Source of the DNA: Rhizobium sp.
Lineage (GTDB): Bacteria; Pseudomonadota; Alphaproteobacteria; Rhizobiales; Rhizobiaceae
DNA: 64,000 nucleotides
Assembly: GCA_039593415.1 (NCBI GenBank)
Contig: JBCNPI010000006.1
Location: 246-64,245, forward strand
Direction of reading: 5' to 3'
Shown: positions 49,100-59,696 of the stretch, piece after piece
Layout: every line of letters begins with the position of its first letter
Numbering within the stretch: position 1 is the stretch's first letter
The notes under the pieces: model-generated
What the model saw: the letters and a program-made list of their open reading frames with translations, nothing else
The model's database searches: none
Told to the model about the DNA's origin: nothing
Translations under genes and position numbers: made by a program

Positions 49100-49795
49100 C
49101 TAAAACGTGGTGCCACCGACCTCACGCATTGCGGCGGGCAGCGTCTCCCAAGCCCTGATTAGTTCGCCGATCGAGCCTGCCCCCATCTTGCGCATGGCAT
49201 TTGCGCGGTGCAACTTGACCGTGACTGCACTTATCCCGAGGTCGAAGGCGATCTGCTTGTTGAGCCGTCCGCGTGCCACCTCGCGCAGGATTTCGCGCTC
49301 GCGGTGCGTCAGTGTCACCAGGCGCTCGATATTCCGCTTGACGACCAAAGCATTGGCCCGTCGCGCCGCGTCGAGCGCAATCCCGGCGATCACGGCGTCG
49401 AGCAGCGTCTGGTCGCGTACCGGCTTGGTGAGGAAGTCGACAGCACCAGCTTTCATCGCCTGCACGGTCATCGGAATGTCGCCGTGCCCGGTTAGAAAGA
49501 TGATTGGCTTCGCATTGCCGCTTTCCAGTAGATGGTGCTGCAGGTGAAGGCCACTCGCCCCCGGCATGCGCACGTCAAGGATCAAGCAGCCGGGGCTGTC
49601 CAGTACGTCGGCATCAAGCACTTCTTGGGTCGAGGCGAAGCTCATTGGCTGCAGGCCCGCCGAGAGGATCAGCTCCGACAGGGCCTCGCGGACAGCCGCA
49701 TCGTCGTCAACGATGACCACGATGGGCTCGATCGCGTCATTCTTGTGCTGCCGCGACAGCGGTGCCGTTCTTCGGAGCGGCTGGTCAATTCTCAT
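49100..49795 (-). CDS. NodW/FixJ-type response regulator (REC + LuxR HTH)
   Basis: IVDDD, CLILDVRMPG, TGHGDIPMTVQAMKAGAVDFLTKP, LTHRERE..NKQIA. Confidence 0.95.
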   Translation of the reverse strand: MRIDQPLRRTAPLSRQHKNDAIEPIVVIVDDDAAVREALSELILSAGLQPMSFASTQEVLDADVLDSPGCLILDVRMPGASGLHLQHHLLESGNAKPIIFLTGHGDIPMTVQAMKAGAVDFLTKPVRDQTLLDAVIAGIALDAARRANALVVKRNIERLVTLTHREREILREVARGRLNKQIAFDLGISAVTVKLHRANAMRKMGAGSIGELIRAWETLPAAMREVGGTTF

Positions 49796-49796
49796 G

Positions 49797-50174
49797 TCAC
49801 CCTCCATTTCTCGATTTCTGTAAAGCTTCTCCTATCGCGATGAGTAGGGCAGGCGCATCGAACGGCTTTCGAAAAAAGCCGTCCATGCCTTTGGCGCGGC
49901 CCTGATCGGCGATCTCGTGGCGGCCGGTAACCAGGAATACCGGCAGTTCCGGACGCGTCTTGTTGACAATGTCACGAAGTTCAAAGCCGTTCGTGCCTGG
50001 CATGCCGATGTCGGTGATCAATAAATCAACGTTCGACAAGCCACGGGCGAGCAGATGTTCAGCCGACCGGAAACAGCAGGCTGCATAGCCGGCGGATTCC
50101 AGCAGTTCCTCCAGCGATTCGAGCAGCCTAGCATCGTCATCGACAACCGCGACGATCCGTTTCGTCTTCTCCAT
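49797..50174 (-). CDS. Single-domain response regulator
   Basis: VVDDD, LLITDIGMPG, VTG, FRKPF. Confidence 0.92.
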   Translation of the reverse strand: MEKTKRIVAVVDDDARLLESLEELLESAGYAACCFRSAEHLLARGLSNVDLLITDIGMPGTNGFELRDIVNKTRPELPVFLVTGRHEIADQGRAKGMDGFFRKPFDAPALLIAIGEALQKSRNGG

Positions 50175-50176
50175 CC

Positions 50177-50818
50177 TCAATTTCCTCCCGTGCGGCGCGG
50201 ATGGATGATCTTTATTCCTAAACGCTCCGCTATGCGCACGAGGTCAGCGAGCGATGCCGCCGCCATCTTCTGCATCACATTCCGTCGATGGACTTGCAGC
50301 GTCACTTCGCTGATTCCGAGTTGCGATGCCGCCTGCTTGTTCAGCAGTCCGCTCACCACGAGCGGCAGCACGTCGCGTTCGCGTGGGGTCAGTTCGAGAT
50401 AACGCCGCTTCAACAGGCTCAGTTCAGCCCGTTCCGATCGCTTTCGCAGATCCTCCGAAATTGCCGCATGAACCGCGGCCATGAGATCCGCATCGCTGAA
50501 CGGCTTGGTGAGAAAATCCACCGCGCCGCGCTTGATCGCCCGCACCGTGGAAGGGATGTCGCCGCGACCAGTGATGAAGACGATCGGCGGATGATCACCC
50601 TCGGCGATCTGCCGCTGCAGTTCGAGGCCGTTGATATCGGGCAATTCAACGTCGAGTATCAGACAGGCAGGTAGATCCGGTTTGTCGGCGTCCACATAGT
50701 CACCCGCCGAACCGAACGCGATGGCGCGCATGCCGTGGGTCTCCAGGAGTTCGCCGAGCGCCTCCCTGATGCGCTCGTCGTCATCGACGATAAAAACAAC
50801 ATGGTCATCCATCGTCAT
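50177..50818 (-). CDS. NodW/FixJ-type response regulator (REC + LuxR HTH)
   Basis: IVDDD, CLILDVELP, GAVDFLTKPF, LTPRERD..GLLNKQ. Confidence 0.95.
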   Translation of the reverse strand: MTMDDHVVFIVDDDERIREALGELLETHGMRAIAFGSAGDYVDADKPDLPACLILDVELPDINGLELQRQIAEGDHPPIVFITGRGDIPSTVRAIKRGAVDFLTKPFSDADLMAAVHAAISEDLRKRSERAELSLLKRRYLELTPRERDVLPLVVSGLLNKQAASQLGISEVTLQVHRRNVMQKMAAASLADLVRIAERLGIKIIHPRRTGGN

Positions 50819-53800
50819 GGCGCCGCTTTTCCTACGGTTGGTAAAGTGAAAATGAGCCGCGCGCCGCGCGGTTCATTTTTCTCGGCCCATAGGCGCCCGC
50901 CATGCGCTTCCACGATCGAACGGCAGATGGCGAGACCCATGCCCATTCCATTCTCTTTCGTCGTGAAGAAAGGTTCGAAGATCTGATCCGGGAACTCGAT
51001 GCCGCTTCCGCGGTCACCTATTTCGGTCTGCACCTCGCTACCCAGGCGATGGGCGCGCACGTCGATAGCTCTTTCCCCTGCAATAGCCTCCATCGCCTCC
51101 ATACCATTGCGGATGAGATTGACCAGGACCTGCTGGATCTGGATGCGATCGACCGCGATAGGTGGAAGCTTGTCTTCTACATCGATGTCGATCCGGATGC
51201 GGCGGCGCAAAGCCTCGCCAGCCACCAGGTTGCAAGCCTCTGCGATAACGGCTTGGAACGACAGGCTGACTCTGTTGCCGACGGATTGCTTGAACAGCGC
51301 CCGGATGCGACTGACGACTTCGGCGGCTGAATTGGCATCGCGGATGACGCGTTCAGTGGTGATCTTCGCGCGCTCGACATTGACTGGCTCAGCTGAAAGC
51401 CAGCGGTAGCATGCATGCGAATTGGCAACGATCGCCGCAAGAGGCTGGTTCACCTCGTGTGCGATAGAGGCAGAAAGCTCGGCAAGGCTCGCCGCCTGGC
51501 TGGCGCGGGCCAGCCTCTCGTGCGCCATGCGCAACTCCTCCTGCACGCGAACCTCGCCATCGATATCCAGGCAGATCACATTCCATTGCACGATGGCGCC
51601 ATCGCTGTCGCGCATCGGCGCCGCTCGCGTCTCGACCCAGCGATATTCGCCATCGAAACGGCGCAAGCGATGCCTGCGTGCATAGGGCTCGCCGGTCGAC
51701 AGGCAATGGGCGTATTGTTCCTTGACCCCAGCAAGGTCCTCTGGGTGCACCCCGGCATCGAGCGTGCCATTAAGCCGTGATTTCTTCTTGCCGTCCAATT
51801 CCTCCAATTCGTAACCAAGGAATTCCCGGAGCTGCTGGCTGCGATAGACCGGCTCGCCGTTCGGCGCGGCACAATCGATCATTGCCGGCAGCGTTTCCAC
51901 CAGTTGCCAAAGAAAGCGTTCTCTTTCTCGTAGCGCCTCCTGCGCGAGCATCTCATCTTCGATATCGATCGAGATCATATACCATTGCACGATCGCACCA
52001 TCGGCATCGAGCAGAGGCTGCGTGCGCGCTTCAATCCACCGATAGGTTCCATCCTTGGTACGCCGACGAAACCGGTTTACGAAAGGTTGGCCGGTCGCGA
52101 AGCCATTCATTGCTCGCTGAAACATGATCGGAAAGTCGTCAGGGTGAGCCAAATCTCGCGCCAGCGAATCGAAATTCTTGATGTCGGGTGTCGGTGCACC
52201 GACGTTGTCCAGATATCGTCTGCTCGCATAGGTGATCCTGCGCGATGGAGCAAAGCTCAGGACATTGATCGGAAGGGTGTCGATCATCTGCTCCAATTGC
52301 CGCTTGCTGCTCTTCAGCGCTTCTTCGGCCTGCACTTGATCGTCAATGTCGATGGACACCTGATACCATTGCACAATCGCTCCATCTCGATCACGCAGAG
52401 GCTGCGCGCGCGCCTCTATCCACCGGTAGGTGCCATCTTTCCAACGCCGGCGATACCGCATCATGAAGGGGTCGCCGAATCTGAGGGAGTTGGCTGATGC
52501 ACGCAGCACTTCGTGGGCGTCTTCGGGGTGAACCAGATCTTGCGCCACGCGGGTGCTATCTTCGAAGTTCGCCCCAGAGAGGCCGAGATCCTCCAAAGAT
52601 CGCTTGTTGACATAGGCCAGCTTGCCGGCAGGCGTCCAGCTCCAGATGTGGACCGGCAAGGCGTCCACGAGCTGCGAGAGCTCTCGCTCTCGCGCGCGCA
52701 GAGCCTCCTGCGCGCGTACCTCATCGTCGATGTCGATGGAGATTGCAAACCATTCGACGATCCTGCCGTCATCATCGCGCAATGGCTCCCATCGACCGTC
52801 GAACCAGCGATAGACGCCATCTGCGCGACGCATGCGATATTTCATCGCGTAGGGCTCGCCGGTTGCAATCGAGCGTCGGACCGCTTTCAAGAGCCGGTCG
52901 GAATCGTCCGGGTGAACAAAGGTCTGCATGGCGGTCACCAAACGACTGCTATCCTGATTGTCCAACTGAGCGACGTCGTCCAGGCCGAAAAAGTCGAGCA
53001 GCCGCTTGTTGAAGAACGTTGGCTCGCCTGCCGGCGTCAGACGCCTAATCTGGACGGGAACCATATTTACGATCTGCTCGAGCTCCCGCTCCCGGTCGCG
53101 CAAGGCCTCCACACTTTGACGCAATGTCAGCAATGCGAGCTGGTGCTGCCGGGATATGGCGGCCGCGACCAGGGCCGAAAATGCCGAGATCGCCAGGAAG
53201 AGCTGCAGCATGATCTGGTTGTGGCGCTGGCTCTCGGCATTTCCGGCGAACTGGCTGGCGCCGGATATCGTGAAGATCGCGGTTATGAGCGCGAGGAGGG
53301 CGAGAGTCACGGCAGCCCCCTTGAACTCAAAGCGCACCGCGGCCCAAAGCAGCGGCGGCATGACGATATAGGCGAAGGGCAGGTAGCCGCCGAGCGAAAG
53401 GGCCGCGACGCCGAAAAGGATAATCCCCACGGCACACGCTTCAATCCATCGCGCTGCCGTTAGCTCGGCCTTGCCGTTCCAGTTCTGGATCACGACGAGC
53501 GCGAGCGGCCCGACGATCAGGACCCCGGTGGCATCCCCGATCCACCAGAGAGGCCAGGCGCCTAAGAAGGTTTGCGAAAATATGCCGAACCACGCCAGCG
53601 TCGCACTTCCGACCGTCGCGCTGATCACCGGCGCAATTCCGGCGCCCAACACGGCGAATACAAGAACTTCCCGCAACGTTTCCAGCCGAGCTGGCCGACC
53701 CAAAGCCCTGTTTACGAGCCACGCGCCGACCGTAGCTTCGAGCGCGTTGCCGGCATAAATCAGGACGGCGGCGGGGAGCGGGCTATGGAACCACAAGACA

Positions 53801-54024
53801 TTGCTAAGTAGCTCGCCGAGGCAACCGACCAACACCCACCACGGCCAACTCTGCTTGGGTGTCAGCATAAGGGTTGCGATGAAAAGCCCGCTCGGAGGCC
53901 ATATGGAAATGCCTGTCCCGGGTACGATTGCAAGTGCCTGTGCGAAGCCACAACCCAGGACGTAGGCCGCAAAGAACAGCGCTAGGTGCAGGAGTTGGGG
54001 ACGGTACGACCAGACTCGCGTCAT
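50815..54024 (-). CDS. Sensor histidine kinase, MASE1 + four PAS/PAC domains (NodV/NwsA-like)
   Basis: IWPPSG and WWIGD MASE1 helices. Four HP.D...R..DG.YRW PAS repeats. H-box SIAHEVNQPL, NLIRNG, FEPFFTTK..GMGMGL. ATG at 54024 follows GGAG. Confidence 0.94.
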   Translation of the reverse strand: MTRVWSYRPQLLHLALFFAAYVLGCGFAQALAIVPGTGISIWPPSGLFIATLMLTPKQSWPWWVLVGCLGELLSNVLWFHSPLPAAVLIYAGNALEATVGAWLVNRALGRPARLETLREVLVFAVLGAGIAPVISATVGSATLAWFGIFSQTFLGAWPLWWIGDATGVLIVGPLALVVIQNWNGKAELTAARWIEACAVGIILFGVAALSLGGYLPFAYIVMPPLLWAAVRFEFKGAAVTLALLALITAIFTISGASQFAGNAESQRHNQIMLQLFLAISAFSALVAAAISRQHQLALLTLRQSVEALRDRERELEQIVNMVPVQIRRLTPAGEPTFFNKRLLDFFGLDDVAQLDNQDSSRLVTAMQTFVHPDDSDRLLKAVRRSIATGEPYAMKYRMRRADGVYRWFDGRWEPLRDDDGRIVEWFAISIDIDDEVRAQEALRARERELSQLVDALPVHIWSWTPAGKLAYVNKRSLEDLGLSGANFEDSTRVAQDLVHPEDAHEVLRASANSLRFGDPFMMRYRRRWKDGTYRWIEARAQPLRDRDGAIVQWYQVSIDIDDQVQAEEALKSSKRQLEQMIDTLPINVLSFAPSRRITYASRRYLDNVGAPTPDIKNFDSLARDLAHPDDFPIMFQRAMNGFATGQPFVNRFRRRTKDGTYRWIEARTQPLLDADGAIVQWYMISIDIEDEMLAQEALRERERFLWQLVETLPAMIDCAAPNGEPVYRSQQLREFLGYELEELDGKKKSRLNGTLDAGVHPEDLAGVKEQYAHCLSTGEPYARRHRLRRFDGEYRWVETRAAPMRDSDGAIVQWNVICLDIDGEVRVQEELRMAHERLARASQAASLAELSASIAHEVNQPLAAIVANSHACYRWLSAEPVNVERAKITTERVIRDANSAAEVVSRIRALFKQSVGNRVSLSFQAVIAEACNLVAGEALRRRIRIDIDVEDKLPPIAVDRIQIQQVLVNLIRNGMEAMEAIAGERAIDVRAHRLGSEVQTEIGDRGSGIEFPDQIFEPFFTTKENGMGMGLAICRSIVEAHGGRLWAEKNEPRGARLIFTLPTVGKAAP

Positions 54025-54309
54025 TGGCGGCTCCTGCAGGGAACATAAAGTTTGGGCTGCGACAGCATATCGAATGGCTAGTCTCGATAGCAGTATCAGC
54101 GATCCAGTGTCGTACACTATTCGCGTCATTGTGCGGCGGCAACTTATGGAAATCCATGTATTGGCGGCGATGCCGCTGCCCTGGTGGAAAACTGTCAAGC
54201 CTCAGTGATATCCGGCATCCGCTGGGATGGTTCCTGTCTCAGCCAAAAGCCGCAGGTGGTTAAGGGCCACGTCTGCGGCATGTTGGACCAGCTCCGAGAA
54301 AGCGATGAT

Positions 54310-54393
54310 AAAAAGGGATAGAGGAACTGGCGCGGTAAGGCAGCGCCAGTTCCGGACGGCTCGCGGAGCACGGCGGCTTGCTCCGCGAGCCGT
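54310..54393 (-). terminator. Tandem hairpins downstream of the chloroperoxidase-like gene; probable intrinsic terminator
   Basis: 15-bp perfect stem 54356-54370/54379-54393 and 11-bp stem 54323-54333/54343-54353, followed on the minus strand by a T tract. Confidence 0.6.
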
Positions 54394-54400
54394 GGCCAGC

Positions 54401-55396
54401 TCAAGCCTTGAGGAAGGCGAGCAGGTCGGCGTTGACCTGGTCCTGATGGGTGGCGGTGATGCCGTGCGGCGCGCCGGGATAGTAGATGTCCTTGGCGCCC
54501 TTGATCAGCCGGGCAGACTTGAAGGCGGAATCCTTGACCGGAACGATCTGGTCGTCCTCCCCATGCAGGACGAGCGTCGGCACATCGAACTTCTTCAGAT
54601 CTTCTGTGAAGGCCGTTTCCGAGAATGCCTTGACGCATTCATAGGCGTTCAGCAGGCCGGCCTGCATGCTCCAGAGCCAGAATTGGTCGAGCGTGCCTTG
54701 GGAAACATTCGAGCCGGGTCGATTGGCGCCGTAGAATTGCGGGGCAAGGTCACGGTAGAATTGTGAGCGATCATTGACGAGGCCGGCGCGGATCGCGTCG
54801 AACGCCTCGATCGGCAGGCCTTCCGGATTGGCCGCCGATTTCACCATGATGGGCGGCACGGCGGCGATGAGGACGGCTTTGGCGACGCGCTTAGTCCCGT
54901 GTCGGCCGATATAGCGGGCAACCTCACCGCCGCCGGTGGAGTGACCGACCAGCGTTGCGTCCTTGAGGTTCAGCGCCTCGATAACGGCCGCCAGATCGTC
55001 GGCATATCCGTTCATGTCGTTGCCCGACGTCGGCTGGCTGGAGCGTCCATGACCGCGGCGATCATGTGCCACGACGCGGAAGCCGTGCTGGACGAGGAAG
55101 AGCATCTGGCCGTCCCAGGCATCGGAATTCAGCGGCCAGCCGTGCGAGAAGGTGACAACCGGGCCGGTGCCCCAGTCCTTATAGTAGATTTCCGTGCCGT
55201 CCTTGGTCGTGATCGTGCTCATTGCTTGTTTTCCGTGGGTAATGGTTGCGGGGAGAGGCTGCTTCGAGGTCTTTGCGGCGGCTGCCACGGGCAAGCGGGC
55301 TGCGATGCCGGCGGTGAGTGTGCCGAGCAGGGCGTCGCGACGTGAGAGGCTAACGGTCGATGGGTTTGAAATGTCTTGCATGTTTTTATCCTTCAC
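54401..55396 (-). CDS. Non-heme chloroperoxidase/arylesterase-type alpha/beta hydrolase with Tat-like leader
   Basis: [48 protein letters not shown]. Leader contains SRRDALL. Confidence 0.93.
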   Translation of the reverse strand: MKDKNMQDISNPSTVSLSRRDALLGTLTAGIAARLPVAAAAKTSKQPLPATITHGKQAMSTITTKDGTEIYYKDWGTGPVVTFSHGWPLNSDAWDGQMLFLVQHGFRVVAHDRRGHGRSSQPTSGNDMNGYADDLAAVIEALNLKDATLVGHSTGGGEVARYIGRHGTKRVAKAVLIAAVPPIMVKSAANPEGLPIEAFDAIRAGLVNDRSQFYRDLAPQFYGANRPGSNVSQGTLDQFWLWSMQAGLLNAYECVKAFSETAFTEDLKKFDVPTLVLHGEDDQIVPVKDSAFKSARLIKGAKDIYYPGAPHGITATHQDQVNADLLAFLKA

Positions 55397-55469
55397 GATG
55401 ATTGAAGTGCGTATGAGGGTAGTGCCCGCCTGCTCGGAAAATTATTGGCGGCAGGCATCTGTGGCCTCA

Positions 55470-56255
55470 TCACTGGGCGGATGCCGCCTCTTCGATGAGA
55501 GCGGTGACTTCGCCGGGATGTGACACCAGGACTGCGTGCGAGGCCTCGTTGATCACGACGGTCTTCACGGCGTGCGCCCGCTCGGCCATGAATTGCATGA
55601 CCGCTGGCGGAATGCTGCGGTCGGAAGACCCGTAGATCATGTAGGACGGCAGCAGCTTCCACGACGCGACGCCGGAGGGTTCGGCGAGCGCAGTCTGGGC
55701 GACGGGCCGCTGCGTCGAAGCCATCAGCGCGGCCTTGTCATCTGAAACGTCCGCAGCGAACTGGAGTTGAAACTTGGACCGTTGAATGTAGAGGTCCTGT
55801 TTGTCGTCTGGCAGTGTCACCGGCGCGAGCGTGTCGGCAAGCGTGCTACCCGGGAATTTTCCCGATAGGGTGACGCTGGATTCGCCGGTATCCGGCATGA
55901 AACCTGCAACATAAACGAGGGCTTTCACGTTCGGACTGCCGTTCGCAGCTTCGGTGATGACCGGCCCGCCATAGGAATGGCCCACCAGGATCACCGGTCC
56001 GTGGACCGCACGGACGACGGAGGCGACGGATGCGGCATCCGATGCGACGCCGCGAAGCGGGTTGGCCGCTGCAATCGCCACATAGCCATCCTTTGTCAGG
56101 CGAGTAATCACAGCATCCCAGCTCGACGATTCAGCAAAGGCGCCATGAACGAGAACGATTGTCGGCTTGAGATCGTGATCTTGGGACTGTGCGCTGGCGA
56201 CTGTCAGCGTGGCGATCGCGGCACCAAGCGCCAAGATCTTCATGATTTTGAGCAT
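55470..56255 (-). CDS. Secreted alpha/beta hydrolase
   Basis: Sec signal, VLVHGAFAESSSW, GHSYGG, DRSIPP, ASHA. Confidence 0.9.
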   Translation of the reverse strand: MLKIMKILALGAAIATLTVASAQSQDHDLKPTIVLVHGAFAESSSWDAVITRLTKDGYVAIAAANPLRGVASDAASVASVVRAVHGPVILVGHSYGGPVITEAANGSPNVKALVYVAGFMPDTGESSVTLSGKFPGSTLADTLAPVTLPDDKQDLYIQRSKFQLQFAADVSDDKAALMASTQRPVAQTALAEPSGVASWKLLPSYMIYGSSDRSIPPAVMQFMAERAHAVKTVVINEASHAVLVSHPGEVTALIEEAASAQ

Positions 56256-56528
56256 CTGCTTTCTCCTAACACAGCGGCTGCCTATGCCGGGAGAATGCGT
56301 GGGTTTGCGGCCGCAGGCCATTCTACGTGAGATGCGCCCATCCACTGCCGAGGGATAGGATGATGTGGCGCAACTGGCGAGAAATCTGATCGATCGGCAA
56401 GGCTCCGCTACATCAGAGATCAGCCGGGCGCACCTTCCGGCCAGATGCTTGATCCACAGCGCAGGGGATATTGGTGATCCGGGCAATACGCCCAGCTTTC
56501 CCATCGCAATCAATCAACGGAGAACAGG

Positions 56529-56984
56529 ATGACTAAGCGTTTGAATATATTGGCCAAGAAGAATGAGGGCATCGATGGCCTCGTCGCCGTCGAGGCCTGG
56601 ATTGCTAAGAGCTTCGATCTCAAACTCATGGAGTTCGTCAAAGTGCGCGTGTCGCAGATCAACGGCTGCGCCCATTGCCTGCACATGCATCGTCATGATG
56701 CGCTCAAGCTGGGTGAGACTGAAGAGTGCATGCTCTTGCTGAATGCCTGGCATGAATCGCAGCTCTACACGGATCGCGAGCGTGCAGCGCTCGCATGGGC
56801 CGAGTCGCTGACCAATGTCGCTCAGAGCCGTGTGCCTGGCGCCGATTATGAAGCGGTACATAGCGTCTTTTCGGAGGACGAACTTCTGGCATTGTCCATC
56901 GGCATCGCCATGATCAATGCCTGGAACCGACTTGCGATCGGCTTTCGGCTGCAGCATCCCGCAGACCACAAGCGTGCTGCCTGA
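56529..56984 (+). CDS. Carboxymuconolactone decarboxylase/AhpD-like protein
   Basis: VRVSQINGCAHCLHMH (CxxC), ERAALAWAE, INAWNRL. Confidence 0.93.
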   Translation: MTKRLNILAKKNEGIDGLVAVEAWIAKSFDLKLMEFVKVRVSQINGCAHCLHMHRHDALKLGETEECMLLLNAWHESQLYTDRERAALAWAESLTNVAQSRVPGADYEAVHSVFSEDELLALSIGIAMINAWNRLAIGFRLQHPADHKRAA

Positions 56985-57311
56985 TCGCTGAGCAGATGCG
57001 AGCGCGGCGGGCGGATGCGTCCGCCCGGCAACATCCAATCCAAAGCGGCAGGACATCGTTCGACCGGCGGGAATGTCCCTTCCTTCATGCCAGCCTCTTC
57101 GCTGCCGAGTCCGAGCCGTGGCCCACCGAGAGCATGATCTGCCCTATCCCCGGGTATAGCTTTTCCTCTCCCTTGGCCGGATCGACCGCCAAACACCCCT
57201 CAACATAAAATCCGTGCCGTGGCTTGTGACCGTTTCGATCACGCAAAACAGGAGCGCATCATGTCGCAGACAGAAACAAAACCTCACACGATTGCTCAAC
57301 AGGAGACTAAC

Positions 57312-58229
57312 ATGGGCTTGGAAAACAACTCACGCGTCGGGAGAACAGGCGCCGACGAACTGGTCCCGTCGCGCTACGCGGTACAGATCGGTGATATTGA
57401 GGTGCTGGTAATCAGCGACGGCGTGCTGCCATTGCCGACCAAGATGCTGGGATACAACGCCGACCCCGTCGACCGCGCGGCCTGGCTGAATGACATGTTC
57501 CTGCCGCCGGATGCTTTCGATTGGGCGCTGAACGTGGTGGTAGTGCGCAGCGGCAAGCAGACGATCCTCATCGACGCCGGCCTCGGGCTGGATCCGGAAT
57601 TGAACCTGCCGCGGGCCGGGCAACTGATCAAGCGACTGGAAGCCGCCGGTATCGACTTGGGATCCGTTACCGACGTGATACTAACCCATATGCATATGGA
57701 CCACGTTGGCGGGCTGCTCGTCGATGGGGTGAAGGCGCGACTGCGTCCAGACCTCAGGATCCATGTCGCGGCAGCAGAGGTCAAATTCTGGGAGGCGCCC
57801 GATTTCTCGCATGTGTCCATGCCGCCCGGCTTCCCGGATGCGCTTCGCGCTGCCGCCAAGCAGTTCAGGAAGGAGTACGACAGCCACCTCAGATTGTTTG
57901 ATGATGAGCACGAGGTGGCGCCCGGCGTGGTTGTCTCTCGAACCGGTGGCCACACACCTGGCCATAGCGTGGTCTGTGTGGCCTCCGGCAAGGACCGGCT
58001 GATGTTTGCCGGCGATGCGGTGTTCGCAGTCGGCTTCGATCATCCCGACTGGTTCAACGGCTTCGAACATGATCCGGAAGAGGCTGCCCGCGTCCGCGTT
58101 CGTCTGTTGCGGGAGTTGGTGGAGACTGGCGAGCTTCTAGTGGCCACTCATATGCCGTTCCCCTCTGTCGGTCATGTCGCAGCCGATGGCGATCGCTTCC
58201 GTTGGGTACCGGTCTTCTGGGACTACTGA
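57312..58229 (+). CDS. MBL-fold metallo-hydrolase
   Basis: THMHMDHVGG, GGHTPGH, FAGDA, ATHMPFP. ATG follows AGGAG. Confidence 0.92.
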   Translation: MGLENNSRVGRTGADELVPSRYAVQIGDIEVLVISDGVLPLPTKMLGYNADPVDRAAWLNDMFLPPDAFDWALNVVVVRSGKQTILIDAGLGLDPELNLPRAGQLIKRLEAAGIDLGSVTDVILTHMHMDHVGGLLVDGVKARLRPDLRIHVAAAEVKFWEAPDFSHVSMPPGFPDALRAAAKQFRKEYDSHLRLFDDEHEVAPGVVVSRTGGHTPGHSVVCVASGKDRLMFAGDAVFAVGFDHPDWFNGFEHDPEEAARVRVRLLRELVETGELLVATHMPFPSVGHVAADGDRFRWVPVFWDY

Positions 58230-58391
58230 CCCCCGTTCAATAGAGCCGAGCCGGTGCATGGGTTTTTAAGACCACGCCCCGGCTCAGGCGAGTGGATCTA
58301 CGGAACCAGCAAGGCCGGCCCGATCCTCGACCAATCATTCACAAACGGATGAACAACGCGGCGCGCGAAGCGGCCGCAAATGGAGAAGCTC

Positions 58392-59144
58392 ATGAAAATC
58401 GTCATCATAGGCGGGACCGGCCTCATCGGTTCAAAGACAGCCGACCGCCTTCGTAAACAGGGCCATGAGGTTATCGCCGCCTCCCCGAATACTGGGGTCA
58501 ATACGATCACCGGCGAAGGGCTGACCGAGGCACTTGCCGGCGCCTCCGTCGTCATGGACCTCGCGAACTCGCCCTCCTTCGAGGACAAAGCCGTGCTCGA
58601 ATTCTTCGAGACGTCAGGCCGAAATCTGGCGGCGGCGGAAAAGGCGGCAGGTGTGAAGCATCATATCGCCCTTTCCATCATCGGCGTCGATCGTCTTCCC
58701 GAAAGCGGCTACATGCGTGCCAAGGTCGCCCAGGAAAAGATCATCCGCGAATCCGGCATCCCTTATACAATCGCCCACTCGACGCAGTTCATGGAATTCT
58801 TAAGCGGCATCGCCCAGTCCGGTACGGTCGGGGACATTGTGCGGCTGCCGACGGCCTATGTGCAGCCGATCGCCTCCGACGACGTCGCCGACGCCATGGC
58901 GGCCGTCGCGACGGCCAGCCCCATGAATGGCGTAGTCGAGATATCCGGTCCGGAACGCGCCCGGATGAACGAGTTGGTCGCCCGCTATCTGAAAGCCATG
59001 GGTGATATGCGCAATGTCGAAGGCGATCCCGATGCGCGCTATTTCGGCGCCAGGCTGGAGGACGGCTCGCTGGTTTCCGACAACAATCCGCGCCTCGGCC
59101 ATATCGGCTTTGAGCAGTGGTTCGCCACCTCCGCCCGCAAGTGA
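58392..59144 (+). CDS. NmrA-like/atypical SDR NAD(P)-binding protein
   Basis: IIGGTGLIG, GYMRAKVAQE, TQFMEF, QPIASDDVA. Confidence 0.9.
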   Translation: MKIVIIGGTGLIGSKTADRLRKQGHEVIAASPNTGVNTITGEGLTEALAGASVVMDLANSPSFEDKAVLEFFETSGRNLAAAEKAAGVKHHIALSIIGVDRLPESGYMRAKVAQEKIIRESGIPYTIAHSTQFMEFLSGIAQSGTVGDIVRLPTAYVQPIASDDVADAMAAVATASPMNGVVEISGPERARMNELVARYLKAMGDMRNVEGDPDARYFGARLEDGSLVSDNNPRLGHIGFEQWFATSARK

Positions 59145-59195
59145 ATGAACAAGGTGCAACGCCGGACTACTCAACTCTCAAGAAAGGAATTCGAG

Positions 59196-59612
59196 ATGAT
59201 CAAGTCAATTCTCGGCCTCGCCCTGGCCGCCCTACTGTCCACCACCGCCGTCGCGCATGAGCCAGGCGAGAAGGACGCCAAGGTCACGCTCGTCTACGAG
59301 CATGAGCTGCCGAACGTTCCCGGTAAGAGCATCAAGGGCGTCCTCGTGGAATACGGCCCTGGAGGCTTTTCCTCGGCCCACACCCACCCGAACTCGGCCT
59401 TCATCTATGCGACGGTTCTGGAGGGTGCCATCCGAAGCCAGGTCAATGACGGTCCCGTCAAAGTTTTCAAGGCCGGTGAGAACTTCTCCGAGATGCCAGG
59501 CGATCGCCATGGCGTCAGCGAGAATGCCAGCAAGACCAAGCCGGCCAAGCTGCTGGCTGTCTTCGTCGTCGACAGCGGCCAGAAAGAACTGACCTTCCCG
59601 ATCAAGAAATAA
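59196..59612 (+). CDS. Exported cupin-domain protein
   Basis: Signal ending AVA, HTHP, VLEG, GENFSE.PG..H. Confidence 0.9.
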   Translation: MIKSILGLALAALLSTTAVAHEPGEKDAKVTLVYEHELPNVPGKSIKGVLVEYGPGGFSSAHTHPNSAFIYATVLEGAIRSQVNDGPVKVFKAGENFSEMPGDRHGVSENASKTKPAKLLAVFVVDSGQKELTFPIKK

Positions 59613-59696
59613 CTGGCACGAAATAGCTGCGTTCAGGCGGATGCCGTCGGCATCCGCACGCGCCGCCTGAAGAAAATCATTGTCGGTGAGCCCGTT

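Noticed and set aside
59632-59671. Two overlapping alternative hairpins between the cupin and mscS genes
   Set aside because: Compatible with an ordinary intercistronic stem-loop. No evidence for a switch.
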